The notes beneath the pieces are model-generated. The model saw only the letters and a list, made by a program, of their open reading frames with translations, was not told the origin of the DNA and made no database searches. A stretch of DNA of 45,665 bases from an uncultured Candidatus Saccharibacteria bacterium (GTDB lineage: Bacteria; Patescibacteriota; Dojkabacteria; CALFHW01). The position numbers and the translations under genes are program-made. The stretch covers positions 1 through 45,665 of the forward strand of contig CAZXFQ010000005.1 of the NCBI GenBank assembly GCA_964640685.1, read 5' to 3'. Below are positions 42,822-45,665 of the stretch, one piece after another. Each line of letters starts with the position of its first letter. The first letter of the stretch is position 1.

Positions 42822-44969
42822 ATGCCTGATACAATTAGTCATATCAAAATTGACATGCAAATTAAGACGCAGATTAAAAAGGATTTACCAAAATATGTGT
42901 TAGATGCAGCTCAGACTCTGCAGGCTGCTGGACACGAGGCCTATCTAGTTGGCGGCTCAGTGAGAGATATATTGCTGGGCAAGAACCCTAAAGACTATGA
43001 CATTGCCACCAATGCCTATCCTGAGGTAGTTGAAGCACTATTCCCAAAGTCTATCCCCACGGGAGCAAAATTCGGCACAATGTTAGTGCTGCTGCCTGAT
43101 GAGGCAGGAGAAATGCAAGATATAGAAATTACCACTTATAGATCCGAAGCAGATTATTTTGGAGGTAGATGGCCAGCCAAAGTGGAGTTTACCAAAACCA
43201 TCCAGGAGGATTTGGCTAGAAGAGACTTTACTATCAACGCAATTGCTCTCAAACTAGACGACGCCGAGGTTACCGACCAGGATGTGGTGGACCCCTTTGG
43301 TGGGGTTAAGGATTTGCAGGCTAAGTTGCTAAAAGCAGTAGGCGATCCCTTAGAGAGATTCTCAGAAGATGGTTTGAGGTCTTTGCGCGGTTGCAGGCTA
43401 GCTGCCAATCTAGGCTTTAGTTTTGATACAGCCACATTTGAGGCAATTAAAGATACCCTGCACGTTACCAAGCACGTGTCTTTGGAGAGAGTACGCGATG
43501 AATTTACTAAGTTACTGCTCTATTCGGCTAAACCTTCCATTGGGATTGAGCTAATGCGAGTATCTGGGTTGCTGGAGTTATTTATCCCGGAACTCTTAGA
43601 GTGCATAGGTGTAGATCAGCCTCAATTTCATGTTGACGATGTTTACACTCATTCCTTAAAAACAGTAGATCTAGCCGAAGATAGTGTCAAGTTGGCCGCT
43701 ATGCTGCATGACATTGGCAAACCTAGAACAATGACTCAAGACGCCAATGGTAATCATTTCTATGGACATGATAAGGTAGGTGCTGACATGGCAAAAGAGA
43801 TTTTGACCCGCTTGCGTTTTTCCAACGCTGAGATTGCTAAGACTACGTTACTGATTAGGCATCATATGTTCTATTACCCTACAGCTGATTGGCGCAAAGA
43901 CAGTTTAGGCAAAATTATTGCTTACAATGAAGAAAATCAAATTGATAATATTACTACTCTAACTCTATTAAGACATGGACAAAGTGGGTTAAACATTAGT
44001 GGAAAGGTCAACGGCCAAGTTGATGACCCGCTTACAGTTGTTGGCAGGGAGCAAGTGACGGCAACTGCAGAACACCTAGCCATGAGCAAGATTGAAGTGA
44101 TTATTAGTTCGCCTTTAAGCAGAGCTCAAGAATCAGCTGACATCGTGGCAGCCAAATTAAACCTACCAGTTATTTTAGAGCCACGGTTAGCAGAAAGGCA
44201 CTTTGGAGAGTTACAGGGATTAAGTTGGGAGGAGTTCAGCCTGAAGTACCCTGACTTAGCTAGCTATCCAGGCAATTCTGCACAGCGTCAAGAATATCTA
44301 CCCGGTGGCGAAACTATCAGTGCGGTGGAATCACGAGTCAAGGTAGTTCTATTCAACCTCCTGATGAAGCATTGGGGCAAGCATATATTATTGGTAACGC
44401 ATTCTGGGATTATTCGGGTTATTGGGCGCAGTCTAGGCAATAGCGCTATTGGTGTGAAGTTGACTGATCTTGCCAACGCAGAATCTCTGCAGATTGATGT
44501 AGATCACACACTGCTCGATCCAAACTTTCTTACTGACGAGCAACTAGAGCGCGTGCGTGAGGAACACTCTGAAGCCAGTTTCGCTGGTGGCTGGAAAGAC
44601 TCTGCGATTAGGCGCTTTATTCGCAACTTAGGCTCAGTGGAGATGATTAATGAATTACTGAAATTAAGAATAGCAGACGCATTGGCCAATCCCAAAAGTG
44701 CTTTCAATCCGCGCGAGTTACAGGTCTTATCTGAACGAATAGCAGTGATTACAGCTAAAGACATGGCATTGAAAATTACAGACCTAGATATCAAAGGACA
44801 TGATTTAAAGGCAGAGCTCGGGCTACAGCCAGGAAAATCAATGGGAAAGATGTTAAATTATCTATTAGAAAAGGTCATTGACGAGCCACTTGTGAATGAA
44901 AAGTCACAATTACTGGAACTAGCTAGGGATTACCTTCAGTCTAAGCCAGATCTAGATGAGCTTGGGTAA
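42822..44969 (+). CDS. cca: CCA-adding tRNA nucleotidyltransferase (HD-containing type) with an internal histidine-phosphatase (PGAM-like) domain
   Basis: Head GGSVRDILLGKNPKDYDIAT, RRDFTINA, and HD region LAAMLHDIGKP / LIRHHMF. Then aa 357-588 carry LLRHGQSGLN, SPLSRAQESA, ERHFGELQG and LVTHSG, the histidine-phosphatase catalytic set. The normal CCA C-terminus then resumes (WKDSAIRRFIRNLG...ITDLDIKGHDL...PGKSMGKML). Confidence 0.9.
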   Translation: MPDTISHIKIDMQIKTQIKKDLPKYVLDAAQTLQAAGHEAYLVGGSVRDILLGKNPKDYDIATNAYPEVVEALFPKSIPTGAKFGTMLVLLPDEAGEMQDIEITTYRSEADYFGGRWPAKVEFTKTIQEDLARRDFTINAIALKLDDAEVTDQDVVDPFGGVKDLQAKLLKAVGDPLERFSEDGLRSLRGCRLAANLGFSFDTATFEAIKDTLHVTKHVSLERVRDEFTKLLLYSAKPSIGIELMRVSGLLELFIPELLECIGVDQPQFHVDDVYTHSLKTVDLAEDSVKLAAMLHDIGKPRTMTQDANGNHFYGHDKVGADMAKEILTRLRFSNAEIAKTTLLIRHHMFYYPTADWRKDSLGKIIAYNEENQIDNITTLTLLRHGQSGLNISGKVNGQVDDPLTVVGREQVTATAEHLAMSKIEVIISSPLSRAQESADIVAAKLNLPVILEPRLAERHFGELQGLSWEEFSLKYPDLASYPGNSAQRQEYLPGGETISAVESRVKVVLFNLLMKHWGKHILLVTHSGIIRVIGRSLGNSAIGVKLTDLANAESLQIDVDHTLLDPNFLTDEQLERVREEHSEASFAGGWKDSAIRRFIRNLGSVEMINELLKLRIADALANPKSAFNPRELQVLSERIAVITAKDMALKITDLDIKGHDLKAELGLQPGKSMGKMLNYLLEKVIDEPLVNEKSQLLELARDYLQSKPDLDELG

Positions 44970-45665
44970 CTCAGCAATATCGCTGAGTTTACTATAAAGC
45001 TGGTTGATAGGCTCTGCTCTGAACATATGCCAGCTGCCTCTAGGAATGTAAACTGCCCTAACACCAACTTCCAGTGCGGGATTAATATCACTGCGGATTG
45101 AATTGCCTACCATAGTAATATTTTCAATGCCATACTCGTCGGCCAACCTACTAAGCACTGCTTTTTTATCTCCATCAACTACGAAATTGATTTCTTGGAA
45201 GAACTTGTTTAGTCCGGTTCTGTGGATTTTTTTGCTTTGAATTGCCTCAGTGCCTACGGTCAATAGTCGCAGTTGATAAATTCCTTGTTCTTTCAACGCT
45301 TCCAAAGTTTCAATTGCTCCAGGAATAACAAAATATGGTGGGTCAAAGTTCTGCATTACCAAGCCTTCTAAAATCAAATTTACATGAGGTTTAGCTTCGA
45401 CATTGTGTAATTGGCAAAGTTTTTGGTAAGTATCCAGCCAAGTACTTAAAAGTCGCTCAGGGCTATATCGCCTTTCAGCTGGCCAGCTGAGGAGTTTGTC
45501 ATTATCCAACTGCCTAGCCAATTGCAAGATCTCATCGATCTGCGGGGCTTTAGTTTCAAAAGCAAGTAAGATAGTTTTGATGCAATCACAAAAAGTGATT
45601 TCAAATTTATAGCTATCGTCAATGAGGGTATCATCGAGATCGAAACAGAGTATTTTGGTCGACAT
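44952..45665 (-). CDS. HAD-superfamily hydrolase
   Basis: Motif I ILCFDLDDTLIDD. The ATG sits exactly at the window edge. Motif III/IV-like GNSIRSDI. There is an 18-nt convergent overlap with cca. Confidence 0.75.
   Translation of the reverse strand: MSTKILCFDLDDTLIDDSYKFEITFCDCIKTILLAFETKAPQIDEILQLARQLDNDKLLSWPAERRYSPERLLSTWLDTYQKLCQLHNVEAKPHVNLILEGLVMQNFDPPYFVIPGAIETLEALKEQGIYQLRLLTVGTEAIQSKKIHRTGLNKFFQEINFVVDGDKKAVLSRLADEYGIENITMVGNSIRSDINPALEVGVRAVYIPRGSWHMFRAEPINQLYSKLSDIAELPKLI

Noticed and set aside
1-45665. Scan for CRISPR arrays, IS elements, transposases, toxin-antitoxin pairs and known defence genes
   Set aside because: No regularly spaced direct repeats, no transposase, recombinase or reverse-transcriptase motifs, and no recognisable defence proteins were seen. 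The only repeats are the short tandem duplications and the microsatellite listed as features.

Overview
A 45.7-kb, gene-dense, AT-rich bacterial chromosomal segment made up almost entirely of housekeeping genes. Translation genes: rplU-rpmA-pth, prfB, rpsT, glyQS, lysS, cca, truB, tgt, rsmA, and tRNA-Gln/Phe/Val. Envelope and division genes: two SEDS proteins, an ftsE-ftsX-M23 hydrolase-LTD operon, gatD, and several anchored surface proteins. Repair genes: uvrB, dinB, ssb. The genetic code looks standard: TAA, TAG and TGA all end long conserved ORFs, and an intact RF2 with SPF and GGQ motifs is present. I found no transposase, integrase, phage gene, CRISPR array or recognisable defence island. 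The overall style suggests a reduced genome, possibly Patescibacteria/CPR-like. That style includes few Shine-Dalgarno sequences, -10 boxes placed directly before ATGs, many membrane-anchored hypotheticals, fused housekeeping enzymes and gene relics. The lineage call is inference only. The most unusual signals are changes in the architecture of conserved machinery: (1) the FtsEX-associated coiled-coil hydrolase carries an M23 domain whose two halves are in swapped (circularly permuted) order; (2) LysRS is fused to a B3/4 domain plus a COG2316-type HD hydrolase; (3) the CCA-adding enzyme has an intact histidine-phosphatase domain inserted into its HD region; (4) a Tgt homologue has lost all four zinc ligands and has no canonical start codon for its conserved N-terminus; (5) an Asp-rich, isoprenoid-synthase-like protein is translationally coupled to an orphan GAF histidine kinase; (6) a trypsin-like protease is translationally coupled to an ATE/Bpt-like aminoacyl-tRNA transferase; (7) there is a decayed nth pseudogene and a 44-codon gene relic with its own surviving terminator; (8) TATAAT-N5/6-ATG arrangements recur, implying leaderless mRNAs. 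All family calls come from motif recognition by eye. No searches were run.
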